From: Botryllus schlosseri | Taxonomy: Eukaryota | Direction of reading: 5' to 3' | Assembly (NCBI GenBank): GCA_051294905.1 | Contig: CM119371.1 | Span: 18,664,001-18,728,000 of the forward strand | DNA: 64,000 bases | In this document: in pieces, positions 13,484 through 26,183 of the stretch | Layout of the letters: each line of letters starts with the position of its first letter | Numbering within the stretch: position 1 is the stretch's first letter | Made by a program: the position numbers and the translations under genes | Notes under the pieces: model-generated | Told to the model about the DNA's origin: nothing | Database searches by the model: none | Seen by the model: only the letters and a program-made list of their open reading frames with translations

Positions 13484-13954
13484 TAGGGCTGGGTACAATG
13501 ACGCTAGTATTATTTCTAATGAGTCGAGAGTGAGAGATGATTTTTTCGAGTACGGTTATCATGCCATGCCACTAAGAGTTAAATTATCACCTATAATTAT
13601 AGTTTATTATGTTACTCTGAGCCTCCATCTCCGCCATTTTCCAAATTCATGTTTGTGAAACTTATGCGTATGGCGACTTGCGATGTAATATCATGGTTTC
13701 AATCGTATTTTCCACTGTGGTAGCCTTGGAACCGCGATTGGTCGTATCACAGCAATCGTATTATTATGCTACAAATTAGCTTTACATGTTTTGCAATTGA
13801 CATCATATTCTTTGTGGTGGGATAAAATACATATTCGAACCTTCCACATCATTGATACTCTCGTCATAATGAGTGATACTCGATCACCCGACTCGAAGCC
13901 AACTACTCGATTTAGAACCGAAACATTCAGGTACTAGATTGTTCCAAGTCCTCA
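13484..13954. mobile_element. Degenerate TAGGGCTGGG-family MITE
   Basis: TAGGGCTGGGTACAATG start; internal similarity to 31681-32196; decayed right end. Confidence 0.55.
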
Positions 13955-14788
13955 CCACGTTTGAACAGAATTGTTATTTCCTAAAGTTGGTTTAAATCAG
14001 GAAAAATATTTGCAGAAGTGTTAGTACCGGCCGTTTTGTTCTGTTTTTCTAATAAAAAAACGGAATAGCGAACAGCACACAACCATATTGATGGGGCTAT
14101 AATGAAAAAGATTGCGCTGCCTCTACACCTCGAGTTTTGAAAAGTGAATAGTTAGAGGTCTAGTTGCGTATTTGGAAAACTGAGTAGTTCTAGTTCTACT
14201 TGCACATTAAGAAGTTTCTAGTTGCGTTATTTGAAAACTAAGTCGTTCTAGTTCTAGTTAAGAGTTTTTAAAAAGTGAGAAGATCTAGTCCAACATTTTG
14301 AACATCCAGTAGCCTGTAAAAGTATGCCCGAGACGGTTCTTGACAGCGCTAATACCGATCTCGTCTCATATAATATTTATGGCACAGTCCAAGACCGAGG
14401 TGCAGTGGAAAGTTGAATCAAAAGTCCATAAGCTGGTTGGTGTGCTTCTCTGTCGCATGAAAACGTATTTGCTCGCCATATGTATTCAAAGTTGCTGGCG
14501 ACCACGGGGTGCTTCCATTTCAAGCTGAATGGCGCTTACACCTGGAAAAGAAATGACCGGCATTATAATTTAGAAGGGTGGGGATGTGATTGGTATTTTT
14601 GCTGTATTTCCAGGGAGAAATTTCAGATACGGTGAGGTACAGTGATGAACAGCAGTGGGGTGGAGCAAAAATCCAGCACCTACCCGGGTCATTTGATTTT
14701 GAGTCGATCGTTTGAGTTTGAGTCAGTATTGGGATAACTCGAGTCACGACTTAACTCAATCCCATTGTTAAATGACTTGACGCTACTC

Positions 14789-15083
14789 CAATGGTTCTCA
14801 AACTTTTATAGACACGCCCCCCTTTACGATAGTGAAAAATTCCGCGCCACCTTATTGTCATATCATAAAATGAAACCAGAATGCTAGTAAACCCAACAGA
14901 TAGTTTGATGGCATTGAAGGTTATGATTGTTGATGAGAGAATTCTGCAATACGACATTTGGGCTATACACACATCAACAACAATGAATTGCAGGTAAATC
15001 GCGAAGCGCAATTTTTTTTTCTGTTGAACGCAGCCCCTTCAGATGCTGTCACCCCCCTCCCCACCCCAGTTTGAGAACCCCTG
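14789..15083. mobile_element. ~300-bp hAT-type MITE (CAGTGGTTCTCAAAC family)
   Basis: CAATGGTTCTCAAAC...GTTTGAGAACCCCTG; TSD CGCTACTC/CTCTACTC (7/8). Confidence 0.75.
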
Positions 15084-15091
15084 CTCTACTC

Positions 15092-15500
15092 GAATAACCA
15101 CCCTAAACTGACTTGATTTGAGTCATTATTAGGGCCGGGCCAAATTGAGTTCCCTTGTGACACGATTTCGAGCACAGTTCGAGTCGGGTTGATTATCATT
15201 TGAGTCAAAACTTGACTCGAGTTACTGCTTTAAATTGACTTGATCTGAGTCTCGACTGCGACTCAGTGAAATCAAGTACCAGGAGTTTTGATTAAAAGTC
15301 AAGTACGAGTATTTAAATTTAATTTGATCTAAGTTGGCTATAAGGTTCAGAGTTGACTTGGGTCAGATTTTGTAGTGAATTGAATCGACTTGAGTCGCTA
15401 CCCTAAACTGGTTACTACTGGACTGGATAAATCAAGAGGCCTGTGCGACTCGACTTCAAGTCGAGTATTAAGGTTTGAGTCAATTCGAGTACCGCCTATA
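15092..15500. repeat. Degenerate GAGTC/GACTC-rich repeat (similar tracts at ~14690-14780 and 17790-18200)
   Basis: Dense TTGACTCGAGT, TTGAGTC and TAGGGC.GGGCAAA motifs; probably decayed MITEs. Confidence 0.5.
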
Positions 15501-15524
15501 GAAACGACATACCAATATTGATTA

Positions 15525-16817
15525 CCGTAAACCGGGGTAACTTTGGACTTAAGGGTAACTTTGGACACTAAGCAGTAAAAGATTTAAATGGTTATTGATG
15601 AAAAGGGTTGCCGCTGGATGTCCAATTCTTTTTCATGAGGCAACAGTACTACAAGTAGTCTCTATAAAAGGTGGATTCATTTCACTACCAAATAAACTTG
15701 ACCCAACATCAATAAAGTAATGGAGGGGGTCAATTTCGTCAAAATAGATGGCCAATAAACTTCTTACAGCCAAACATAGATAGCATGTGATTCATAGATT
15801 CAAAACTTGGCAGAAGATACCTCTAAGTAGTCTTAATCCATGGCCAAAATCTCAGTGGGCTCACCCTTAGATCAATACAAGAAAATGTGATGTCCAAAGT
15901 TACCCCGTCAAATTTTATCAGAATGGGGCAACTTTGGACAGTGAAAAATGTGATATTTAGAGCTCTGGAAAGTGGCTGCTTCATCTGTGTCAAAGGGTAT
16001 CGTCAACTATATTCCTTATGACCGGCCTGATGGCTTCTTAAAATGGAATGAGAAGGTTAATAAATTAAGAGTTTGCCAAAATATGAAAAAATGGGTAGGC
16101 AATGAGCTGAGAGATTATAATCGGGTGTAAGCTACTTGAAAAACTTATCACATACTCCTAAAGATGCGCCTGCTGAATATGGGATATCGTAAATTACGAC
16201 AAATATATCCATCAGAGGACATAGGAAAGGGAAAATATATCTTTTCTAGAACAGTAATATATTCAAAATCGGCAATAAATCACGCTAACATACTTAATGT
16301 TTGCTGTCGATTGCTGACACTGCCAGTGGGATACCCCATTGTCACCATACGTTATTATAAATTCCAATTGGTGAAGGCATGAGAGAAAATTGAGTAAAGG
16401 GATGAATAAGGGGGCATTAGCCTTCATAAACTACCTATTTTTTTGGGGGGGGAGGGGGGTATTAGGTAAAAATCATGCAATAGGCCAGACATATACTATT
16501 TTGTTTCAGTTTTAGTCACTGCTCTCATCAACTCTTACCAAATAAGCCTCATTTACGAGGTTTCATAAACAATAGAGGGTAAACGCATACAAAAAACTAC
16601 ATTGTCCAAAGTTACCCCACATGCACGGGTAACTTTGGACACGGATAATTTACAAAAATAAGGTACTTATTTATGACCATGAAGATTTTGGATTAGTTAA
16701 TTCTAATCTTTGCTCCATGACTCCAAAAAACACAAAACTTGCCTCCCCTACACCCTAGCATTTCCAAGATACAAAGCGGAATTGTTGAGAATTGTCCAAT
16801 GTTACCCCGGTTTACGG
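15525..16817. mobile_element. Non-autonomous TA-flanked DNA transposon (pogo/Tc1-mariner-like), intact copy
   Basis: TA-CCGTAAACCGGGGTAACTTTGGAC...GTCCAATGTTACCCCGGTTTACGG-TA; internal GGTAACTTTGGAC repeats; near-identical interrupted copy at 29705-34847. Confidence 0.9.
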
Positions 16818-18936
16818 TACGTAGAAAGTCCAAGCACTTATGTTATTTGTTCCAGGTAGATTGTTTTCCCAGTAGCATGTCATCAAATTACAGTCAGTAA
16901 TTCTCGACAATGACTATTTCATAGCGCTCTGCGGCCATGCTGCTATCAATACGTAGCACAAATGTTGTTTCCATGAATATAAGTAACCTGCAACGTGCAT
17001 TGGAAGCTTCGTTATAACTTATAATCCAATGATAGTTAAAGATACCACCATGGATAGAAAGTATGCCAACTTAATAACTGATGGTAAAATAATTTTTAGT
17101 CACAAACGCATTAAAACTTTGTTACCCAAAAATATGGACTGTCACAACTAGAATCATAACCATAAACAAACGATTCCGTTTCAACTACAATATCTAACCC
17201 TAGCCGGCAGAAATGGGCAATTGAGCACTACGAAGCCACTCGCACTCGGGAGTGGTATAACTCTGTACTGAAGATTAATGGTACGAGATATGTTGCTCCA
17301 ACCTCTACTTAAGAACCAAGGCTGACTAGTTCGATTACCCCCGATAATATGTCCTAAGTGGTCAGTAACAAATAATTTCTAGTATTACCGTGTAATGAAG
17401 TAAGTTTTGTCTGCTTGCACTTACTTAGTCAAATAATTCTGTTCATGACATACACGGCGCAAGTGATTCCAAGTGATTCTCAGTCGCGTGAATTCACATT
17501 TGCTTTCGGTAGTTGTTCAAGTTGTTGGCTTACATTAGGGACAGGACAGACCAGAGTTGACATTCATTGGCACGGAAGTGTGAATGTCGGTTTTGTATTT
17601 CTTATTTTCAAGATATGTCGGTTTGAGTTTTTAGATCAAATCAATGCACAAAAAAAATTGATGTCCAATGGCGGTGCGCAGTATCGATTACCCGCCTGGG
17701 TGAAATTTTTAGTTCGAGTCCGTATTGGGATTCACGAATTTGTGCAGTCCTTATTTCGAATGGCTAGATTCTGCCCAAGTTACTACCCCAGCCTGACTTC
17801 ATTTGAGTCCCTAATATGACTGGGAAGAATTGAGTGCTATGATGTATCAATTCCGAGTACTAAGTTCGAGTGGAGTTCATTATTCAAGACATGACTTGAC
17901 TTGACTCGACTCGAGTTACTACTCTAGACTGACTTGATATTAGCCACATCTCGGGCTAGGCAAAATCGAGTTCCCGGGTGATTAAATTCAAAGTCAAGTA
18001 TCCAGTATTGAATCGAGTATCATAGTCGGTGTTGGAATAACTTGAGTCACGTTTTTGAATGACTTGACTCAGCTCAGCTCGACTGGACTAACTACACCAA
18101 ACTAACTTGGGTCATTACTATCTACTAGAAAAAGCTAGTACTGGGGTGATATGGATTCCGAATATAGTATTAAGCTTTGATTCACTTCGAGTATTACCTA
18201 TCGGGATGTAGAATGACGACGTAATAATGAAGTGTAGAATTCAAGTATGTGTATATGTATGTAAATATTGTATTCGGCCAAAAGGAATTGATTCCCAGTT
18301 ACACGTCATCAAAAATAATTTTATAACCATTGACCCTGATTATGGTTCATATGGCTGTGCAATCATATTGTGACACGATCAATACTTACCACAAATGTTG
18401 TTTCGATGAATGCACAAAGCGTTGTGAGTGAGGTTTGCTCTAGATCAGGAGTGGCTAGCTTGAGGCCGCAGTAGAATGATCAAGTGGCCATCTACACATT
18501 ATTTAAATAGCATATTATAGTGTCCGTCAACATGCAATTTGAAGTTATGAATTGGCTCAAATTTATTGGGAGATTTTACTTCAACTAGATAATTTGTTCC
18601 GGAGATTTGATTTTTAGATTTGAATAGTGGTAGTTGAGAAGTAGTAGTGTCCTTGCAATCCGAGCCCCGGAGAACAAATGTGAGCCGCAGAGGGACATGA
18701 TGCGTCACATAACAAAATACCAACGATTTTAAATCGTGTGCGTTACACGAAAAACGTTTTTTGTGATATGTCTGGATGATTCCAATATATTTTGATTATA
18801 ACGACAATCCTGGTGTGAGGTGTAGAAGTACCAGCATGCAACGAAGTGATAAATGACAATGGGCTCACCTCACGGTGCATCATCATTAATTCCGTGCCAT
18901 CAGTCTTCGAAGACGCCATCAGCAGATTCAGCTCCA

Positions 18937-21245
18937 CCAGTAAATCTGATCACATGGTCTGAACAAGGATGAATATTAGATAGTAATATGTGCATGTGCA
19001 CTTTGTGCAGCTACCAACATTATTGATACTGACAAAACCAATCCCAATAACTTTTATGACATTAATGCTCGTGATTTCAATGCGTATAGTAAGTCAATAT
19101 AAATCGATGATGCCGGTGTTCCCGCGTCTTTGTAAATAGCATTATCTATACCGGACATGGTTCGCTACGGGTAGAGTATGTGTGCCTTTTTGAAATGGTA
19201 TACATAATGGGGTGTGTTGAAATAACTCGTCTTAAAAAAGAGAATTGCTTAACTTCCGGAGGTTTTGTTGTATAACGTATGGAGGCACAAGACCAACTTT
19301 GACAGATAAGGCGATCTGATTTCTACAATTAGTAAGTTTTATGCGCAAGATATATCACAAGCAAACAGTGATGGCACAGAAACACCAAGGGTTGTCCGCA
19401 ATGGGAAGTCTCCCAGTAGCCAATTTAACATGAGCATATGGTCATTGGACGTACGCTACATAAGTAGTCAACACGCGGCCATAAACAGGAAAAATGTTGG
19501 AACATCGACTTTAAATGCTAAGTCACCATCAACCAAGATGTCAAGGCTCCCGCAGTGGGTAGCAAGTATGATGACTAGGCTATATCGGTTGTCGATGAAT
19601 TGATTGCTAGTAGGCATGACCGCACAATTTCGGTACTCGAAGAAATAGACTCACACAACTTGTATCAAATTACTACATGTCAAAGTCAGGAATCGGCTCT
19701 TCATCTTACCAGATACAATCTTTTCGTAAATAGGCTGGTATGCAAAAACGGAAGGGTACAACGCCGGTCCTCTCGTAAATCAGCATCGCCAAGGCATGCT
19801 GAAATCAGGATGAGGGTAATAATATCCTTGATCCGAGGATTATCAACAAAAAACTCAAAATAACTCCGCTTCTACTAGTTGTAATTGACTCAAATTTGTT
19901 TTGCATCGTCTTTGAAGACAGCTTAACAATTTCATGGGGTTGACAAAAAAATTTGAATTTTTTTTCAATCTCCCTTATTAAATTAAAATTTTCAATTGGA
20001 TCTGCGGAGTCTTATACTTGTTGGAATTGAACCAAATTTGGTGTGCAGCGTTTTTTAGGGTAACCTGACAATTTAATCAGTGAATGGCTGGAATCCGGGA
20101 AAAAAAGTTATTTTTGAACAGCCCTATTGTACATGATATCCGGAAAAGTCCACAACTATAATGAATTTAATGCCTCTAAATATAGTGCTGTTGCTGTATT
20201 TTGATTTAAAATAGTTTTCTGTATGTAAAAATAACAAGTAGATTGAATTTCCAAACTTTATAGTACGACTAAGTCGATTTTCTATCTACCCATTACTGCT
20301 AAAATGGGAAATTTTGGTCAAAATAGCCCTATGGATTTTCTCCAAAACAAGAACCGATTTGAAATAAACTAAGGTTATGTTCGGAATCAGTGCCCTTCAG
20401 AACCCCACAAACCACTCTTACTTAGTCTGCCTAAAAATATGTGTTGACCAGTGTTATAATCTACGACTGTTTCGGCAGTCTCTGTAAACAAGTATGCGAA
20501 GGAAAAAAACTCTTACTTTTTTCTCACTGGTGAATATTCTTGCTGGTGAATGAGCAGATACTCCAGATTCAAATCTCTGCAGTTGATGTTCAGAAAGTGC
20601 AGTTCCTCGAAGCATTTGATTTGAGTGGTCTTCGAAGACACCCCCACCATCAGCTCTACCGGTAAATCTGATCACATGGTCTGAACAAGGATAAATATTA
20701 GATAGCAGTATGTGCATGTGCAACTACCAACATTATTGACAAAACCAATCCCAATAACTTTTATGACATTAATGCACGCATGGTAAGTCAATATAAATAA
20801 ATCGATGATTCCGGAGTTCCGGCGCATTCGTGGCTAGCATTATCTATACCGGGTTGGGAGTGTTGAAATGACCCGTCTCGAAAAAAGGCAATTGCCTAAC
20901 CCCCAGAAGTTTTGTTGGATACGCTAAGGAGGCCCAAGACCAACTTCAAGAGATGAGGCGTTCTGTTTCTACAATTAGTAAGTTTTATGCGCGAGGTATC
21001 TCAGAAGCAAACAGTGATGGCACAGAAACCCCAAGGGATGTCCGCGATGCGAAGTCTCCCAGTAGCAAATTTAACATGAGCATATTGTCAGTTACATACC
21101 CTACAAAATGGGGCCATGAATAGCAAAAAGGTTAGACAATTCTGCTTTAGATGCTTAATTACAATCAACCAAGATGTAAAAGCTCCCGCAGTGGACAGCA
21201 AGTATGATGACTACCGTATACTACTTGTCGATGAATTGATTTCTA
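18937..21245. repeat. Local direct duplication: ~18937-19610 vs ~20660-21245
   Basis: Collinear blocks such as GTAAATCTGATCACATGGTCTGAACAAGGAT, TTCTACAATTAGTAAGTTTTATGCGC, GCTCCCGCAGTGG. Confidence 0.8.
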
Positions 21246-22835
21246 GTCACGCCCACATCATTCCGGTCTGCGATAACAGACGGGTATACGCCGGTTATGT
21301 CGATATTGTAATATAATATCGATTTTTTTTAAAAACTTGATAGGAATCATGTGCAAATAGAAATGTGACAGACCTACATCTCCACATAACATTTATCAAT
21401 ACCGGAAGATCTGTCCAAATTTATCACAGGGTCAAGGATAGACAGCATTGAGACAGTCGCCATAATGGGGGGAGGGGGGGTGTACTTCTTCTAGACCGGA
21501 ATCAAAATGCTCTGTCTACTGTGATCCCAATATCCAGTCACTTACTAGCAAATTCTATTTTATTACTGGTGCCAAGCCCAGAAAATGGATAGGGTTGCAG
21601 CAGTAAGGGAATCCAGTGCAAAACCCAAGCAAAACAAAAATTTCTATCAGCTGTAGCTACCACTACACTGGAAAAGTAGAATTACACAGATCCTTTAATT
21701 AACAATAAAAAAAATTAAAATTACATCAAAATAGAATTGAAAATTCATTCAAGAATTTTCCGAATCGCAAGTGGACGTTAAACGAGGCGTGGCAAGCTGC
21801 CACAATTTTAAATTCCAGGGTAGACAACATTCTCACATGCCAGATTTCGGCTTATTTCAGTCGCAACTGACCTTGTCAGAGAGTCCAGGTGCACAATTTC
21901 CCCATTTTACGATACTGAAACTGGTCACCTGAAACAACAATACACAATAAGAGCCAACAGACCTTGGTCAGCGAAGATATCGGTTAACGTTGAATTGTCA
22001 TGGTATACTTTGCTACATTGACTTTATCATGCGTCTGGATTACGCCTGCAACGTGGGAAGGCTACCCAATCGCAGCACATAAACGAGCTTCAAAGTAAAC
22101 GAATTTCCAGTTCAGTTTATACAGCCTATGGTTTAAGTACATGCATGACATTAAAAAGTGGATTTTATGTATTGAATTGCAAGCAACTTTTCGCAGGCCG
22201 GATTTGGCCTGCGGGGTGCACATTGCCCAGGCCTGGTCGCTGCTAATTTTGCAAATCTTAAATTTTCTACTGCAATAACTTCGCTTCAGCAGGTTGGCAG
22301 TGGCCAAAAATTGTTTATCGTTATTTTAGACAAATTATCAATTTGATGGGATTGAAATTAAATTATAATTTAAAAAAATTACTTCATAATAAATCCATGA
22401 TTTTTAAACTCCTGCAGCTTCACATCTACCAGTTGGAATTAGGCCAAATTTGGTGTGCAATGTTTTTTAGCCAGCTACCATTTTTATCGAATAGCTGCAA
22501 AAATTTGAAAAATGTGAACAGCCCTAATGTCCGTGCATTTTGAAAGATCAATAGAGCGTAATCACGTGACCCGTCAAACCGTGGACGACTGGACGTGGAC
22601 ATGAACAATTAACTGATTCACCATTTCTATCTTAAGTTTTAATTCATGGCATTACTTCTACCTGTACTCGATTATCGTCTACAGCTGTTTCGACCAGCTC
22701 TGTAAACGAGTATGTGAAGGAAAAAAACTCTTCTATTGACTCACTTGTAAATATCCTTGCTGGTCTATGAGCAGATTCTGTGGATTCAAATCTCTGCAGT
22801 TGATGTCCAGAACGTGCAGTTCCTCGAAGCATTTG
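20450..22835. repeat. Local direct duplication: ~20450-20615 vs ~22670-22835
   Basis: Shared GATTCAAATCTCTGCAGTTGATG...GTGCAGTTCCTCGAAGCATTTGA. Confidence 0.75.
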
Positions 22836-22936
22836 AGCGGTGTAGACACATTGAGTGACACTCGCTGTGATAAGAATACAGTACTGATAAGCAACTGATC
22901 TCAGAGATAGGCTTGAAACCTATGATGTACCTAGGT

Positions 22937-23715
22937 CAGGGTCAGCCAAACCATGGCCTGTAAGAAGGTTTTGAGTGGCCCGCGAACTAATTTACGAAAT
23001 TAGTATTAGTATCAAAAATTAAATTGCCCAGGTAATTTATTGTGAGCTTACAAGGCCAATCAAAAATTGGATTAGCCTGATCGCGGAATTTGGGATGTTG
23101 ATGACTACGGTAAAATATCAATACCATCGCTTTTGAATAGCCAACCAGCCAGACGTAGTAGGGGCCAGACACACTTTTCGTAGATCTTTGTAAATGACCA
23201 AGAATATTTCATGGCAGATTTATTTGACTACAAATTTTTCTTGGAACTTCGCGTGATTCGTTGCCAATCGATTTCATGGTTTTAATATTGTTACACTCTC
23301 CTCAATACTAGAAATTAGAAATACGGCATATTTACAGAATTGAGTCTAACTTTATTCGCAATTATGAAAGAACGTGTCGTCCAACATGCGACTTGGAGTC
23401 TGCACACGCAGAAGGATTGAAACCTTGACACAAAATGATAGACAAATCTTTGCCAAAATCTTCGGTAATGATATGTCCAAGCGGCGAATAATCCTGTCCT
23501 TGCCAAATGAGCCCAGCGGTATACAGAGGCGACCCGCAATATATGCAAGTAACAATGTTATTGACATGCATAATAAGAGAAGTCTTGTCTTCACCGTTAA
23601 CTAACCCAGTTCGCTCCTAGCGGACGACTAAAGAAAGTCATCAACATTCAAGTGGCCCACACAATGTTTCATAAATCTCATGTTGCACTTTAATCAAAAA
23701 TGTTGGCCTCCCCTG
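22937..23715. mobile_element. hAT-type MITE
   Basis: CAGGGTCAGCCAAAC...GTTGGCCTCCCCTG; TSD ACCTAGGT/ACCGAGGT (7/8). Confidence 0.7.
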
Positions 23716-24487
23716 ACCGAGGTCCTCTGCAGTTTAGATTGCAAGAAGTATTTCGACACAATAGAAAACTATATACCACGATTTGTCACTGGAAACATGA
23801 CACTACAGAAATATTAGAATTTACTGGAATATAAATCCTAATCCTCACGCTGTTTAAATATTACCATACCTAAATTTGATGAATTGACGTAATTGTCATC
23901 GATTTTCATAGTCTGGCGTTTCCCTATTGATAGGGCTATACTGAAGAAAATGGGGTAGAGGTCGAATCAGACTTCTTGATGATTTACTGATTTTATACCT
24001 TGTTTTTATCTTGACAGTTCTTGGAGGTACAATTCGAGGGTACGATTTGGATGAATGTATTCGGCAACCATATTCTTGATAACCACATGAGACTTTCATC
24101 GCCACAAATATCAGATCCCAACATACAAGAGGTGTATCACAGGTATTACAAGATTGTTTAAGTACACATGAATGCTGTGAAAAAGATAAAAAACAGTCAC
24201 ATTACAAAATAAAGTGAATGGAAAATAAATCAGAGCCAACATGAAAAACCCAAAAAATATATCACTCCTAATAAAATATGGAAAAATTGGTTATTTGCAG
24301 AACTTCAAAGATGTAACTGGTTAGACATAGCAACGATAGACTGTTTAGCAAGCTCCACGCTTCTGTGTTACGATAGTCCTCATGGTAAATTGCAATTTTA
24401 AAATCTTGATTTTAGGGTGGCGGTCAAGTTATTTGGACCATGACCACAGTTATAATTCCATCCACCAGCGTGTATATATGTATAAAT

Positions 24488-25952
24488 CAGGGGTTCTCAA
24501 CCCGCGGGCCGCATTAGGCCCGCAGACGTTCATTTTGCGGCCCGCGACATCTTTCACCATGATCGCAATTATTAGTGGCACGGTATTGTTACATATCAAT
24601 TTAGCTACTTGGCTCTCTTATCGCACCGTCTGTTTCATTTGATTACTCATTCTTTGATGTGTTCTGGATTCTTGATATAGGCTACGCTCGAGTTTAGATT
24701 GTTGTTTTGAATAGCTATTCGGCTGGACTCTGGTTCAAGGGGACCCCGCTTCGTAGTACACTTTTAAAGAGTGTTTCCCTCGCCGCGAATGATTTGAACA
24801 GAAACAAGAACAAGGAACGGGACATTAAACGTCGAAAACTGGGTTTGTAACTCTGCGGGCAACAATGAATTTGCTTTCTCGGATATAAACGGAAAACCAA
24901 TGTGTCATATTTGTCAACGAACACTTGTAGTAAAGAAGGGTTGAAGCTTACAATGGTACCACGACAGTTTCTTCTGGAGTTATACATATCATCTGATCTC
25001 AGAAAAATCGCTGCTACCTAGGTGTCAAACCAAGCAATTCAAATTTTTGACATTGTTAAAATTGCCGACGACGTTACAGACGCATCGTTCAAAATTGATT
25101 GGAATATCGCTAAACCAAAGAAATCTGCTAGAGAAGGTGTATTTCAATTAAACTTTAACATACTGCAGGAATATTCGCTGTTTCCGGCGCTTAGCACCGA
25201 GGACAACATCTCCTGACAAATTTCGACGCTACAGTTGTCTGATTCAACCGTGACCAGATGAGTAACAGCAATGTCAGTCGATATTTTACCGCATGTTCTG
25301 AAACACGTTGCCGCGAAGACTACTCTAGCCTCGCATTGGACTAATCCACTGGCTCCACATACATTGCAGAGCTAATTATCAGGGTACATTTATCAGAGTG
25401 GGCATATTTGCAGACGAAATGCTGGCGGGGCAAAAGTGGGGAGGGACCAGCGAAAAACATCAACTTGATAAAGCTGACTTTTGTAACTATGGAATGAAAG
25501 GAGAAGGGTTGATTGGTTTGTTCAGAAATGACCCCGAACGCCAGACTTCTTCTCATATATTTGCGAGCTTAAAGTGATAAGTTCCTCAGTACCGAAAAAG
25601 TGACAGTAATTTAAAGCTTGCTCGCTCACGCATTGTAACAGAGAGTTCGGTTCTCTGGAGGGAGAGTTCGAAGGTGCATATAACGACTTGGTAACGAATG
25701 CAATGCACGCTCCATGAAGGGAGTTACTTGCGCCGCTGGAAGATACTTATTCTCATAAAAATAGAGCAACTGCAAACTTACGAACGCCGTCCATCAATGC
25801 TTTAGAATTCATAAAAATGTCCTAAATGCCCGTATACGATTGGTAGCTAGGCTACAGAAGCCCCAAAATAGATGGTAATAATGTTCTGCGGCCCGCAGCG
25901 TCATTTACTGTTAAAATGCGGCCCGTTATACAACGGAAGTTGAGAACCCCTG
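24488..25952 (+). mobile_element. Internally deleted hAT (Charlie/SPIN-like) transposon with transposase remnants
   Basis: CAGGGGTTCTCAAC...GTTGAGAACCCCTG; perfect TSD GTATAAAT; broken frames give EFAFSDINGKPMCHICQ, LQLSDSTVTR*VTAMSVDI and YSSLALD*ST. Confidence 0.85.
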
Positions 25953-25964
25953 GTATAAATCCTG

Positions 25965-26183
25965 AAAACAATTATTCATACAAATTCTTTGTGTAAAAAA
26001 TCTCATTTACGATTTCCTACACAGGCCTGAATATCAAGATGTTTTCTCAAACTCGATTTTGTAGTGAATTCTTTTCAACAAAATTCACATTCATGATTCT
26101 TGAAACCACAAGGAAAATCTATATGCCTCTTAAGATTTCCTTTCAGAGTAAATGTCTTTTCACAAACTTATTACATACTACAT
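25965..26183 (-). pseudogene. Decayed zinc-finger repeats past the ZNF2 stop
   Basis: Minus strand VCEKTFTLKGNLKRH and KNHECEFC*KEFTTKSSLRKHLDI, with stops and frameshifts. Confidence 0.65.

Noticed and set aside
19860..20130. Dispersed repeat with GTTGGAATT..CCAAATTTGGTGTGCA (also ~3200-3480 and 22260-22530)
   Set aside because: Similarity is visible, but termini and class could not be defined.
21568..21630. Possible RTE-related retroposon fragment (GGTGCCAAGCCC...AGGGTTGC...AAGGG.ATCC)
   Set aside because: Too short and degenerate to support without a library search.
23315..23604. Cluster of ORFs, one with a signal-peptide-like start (MKTRLLLLC)
   Set aside because: All lie inside the 22937-23715 MITE; GTG start; no recognisable domain.
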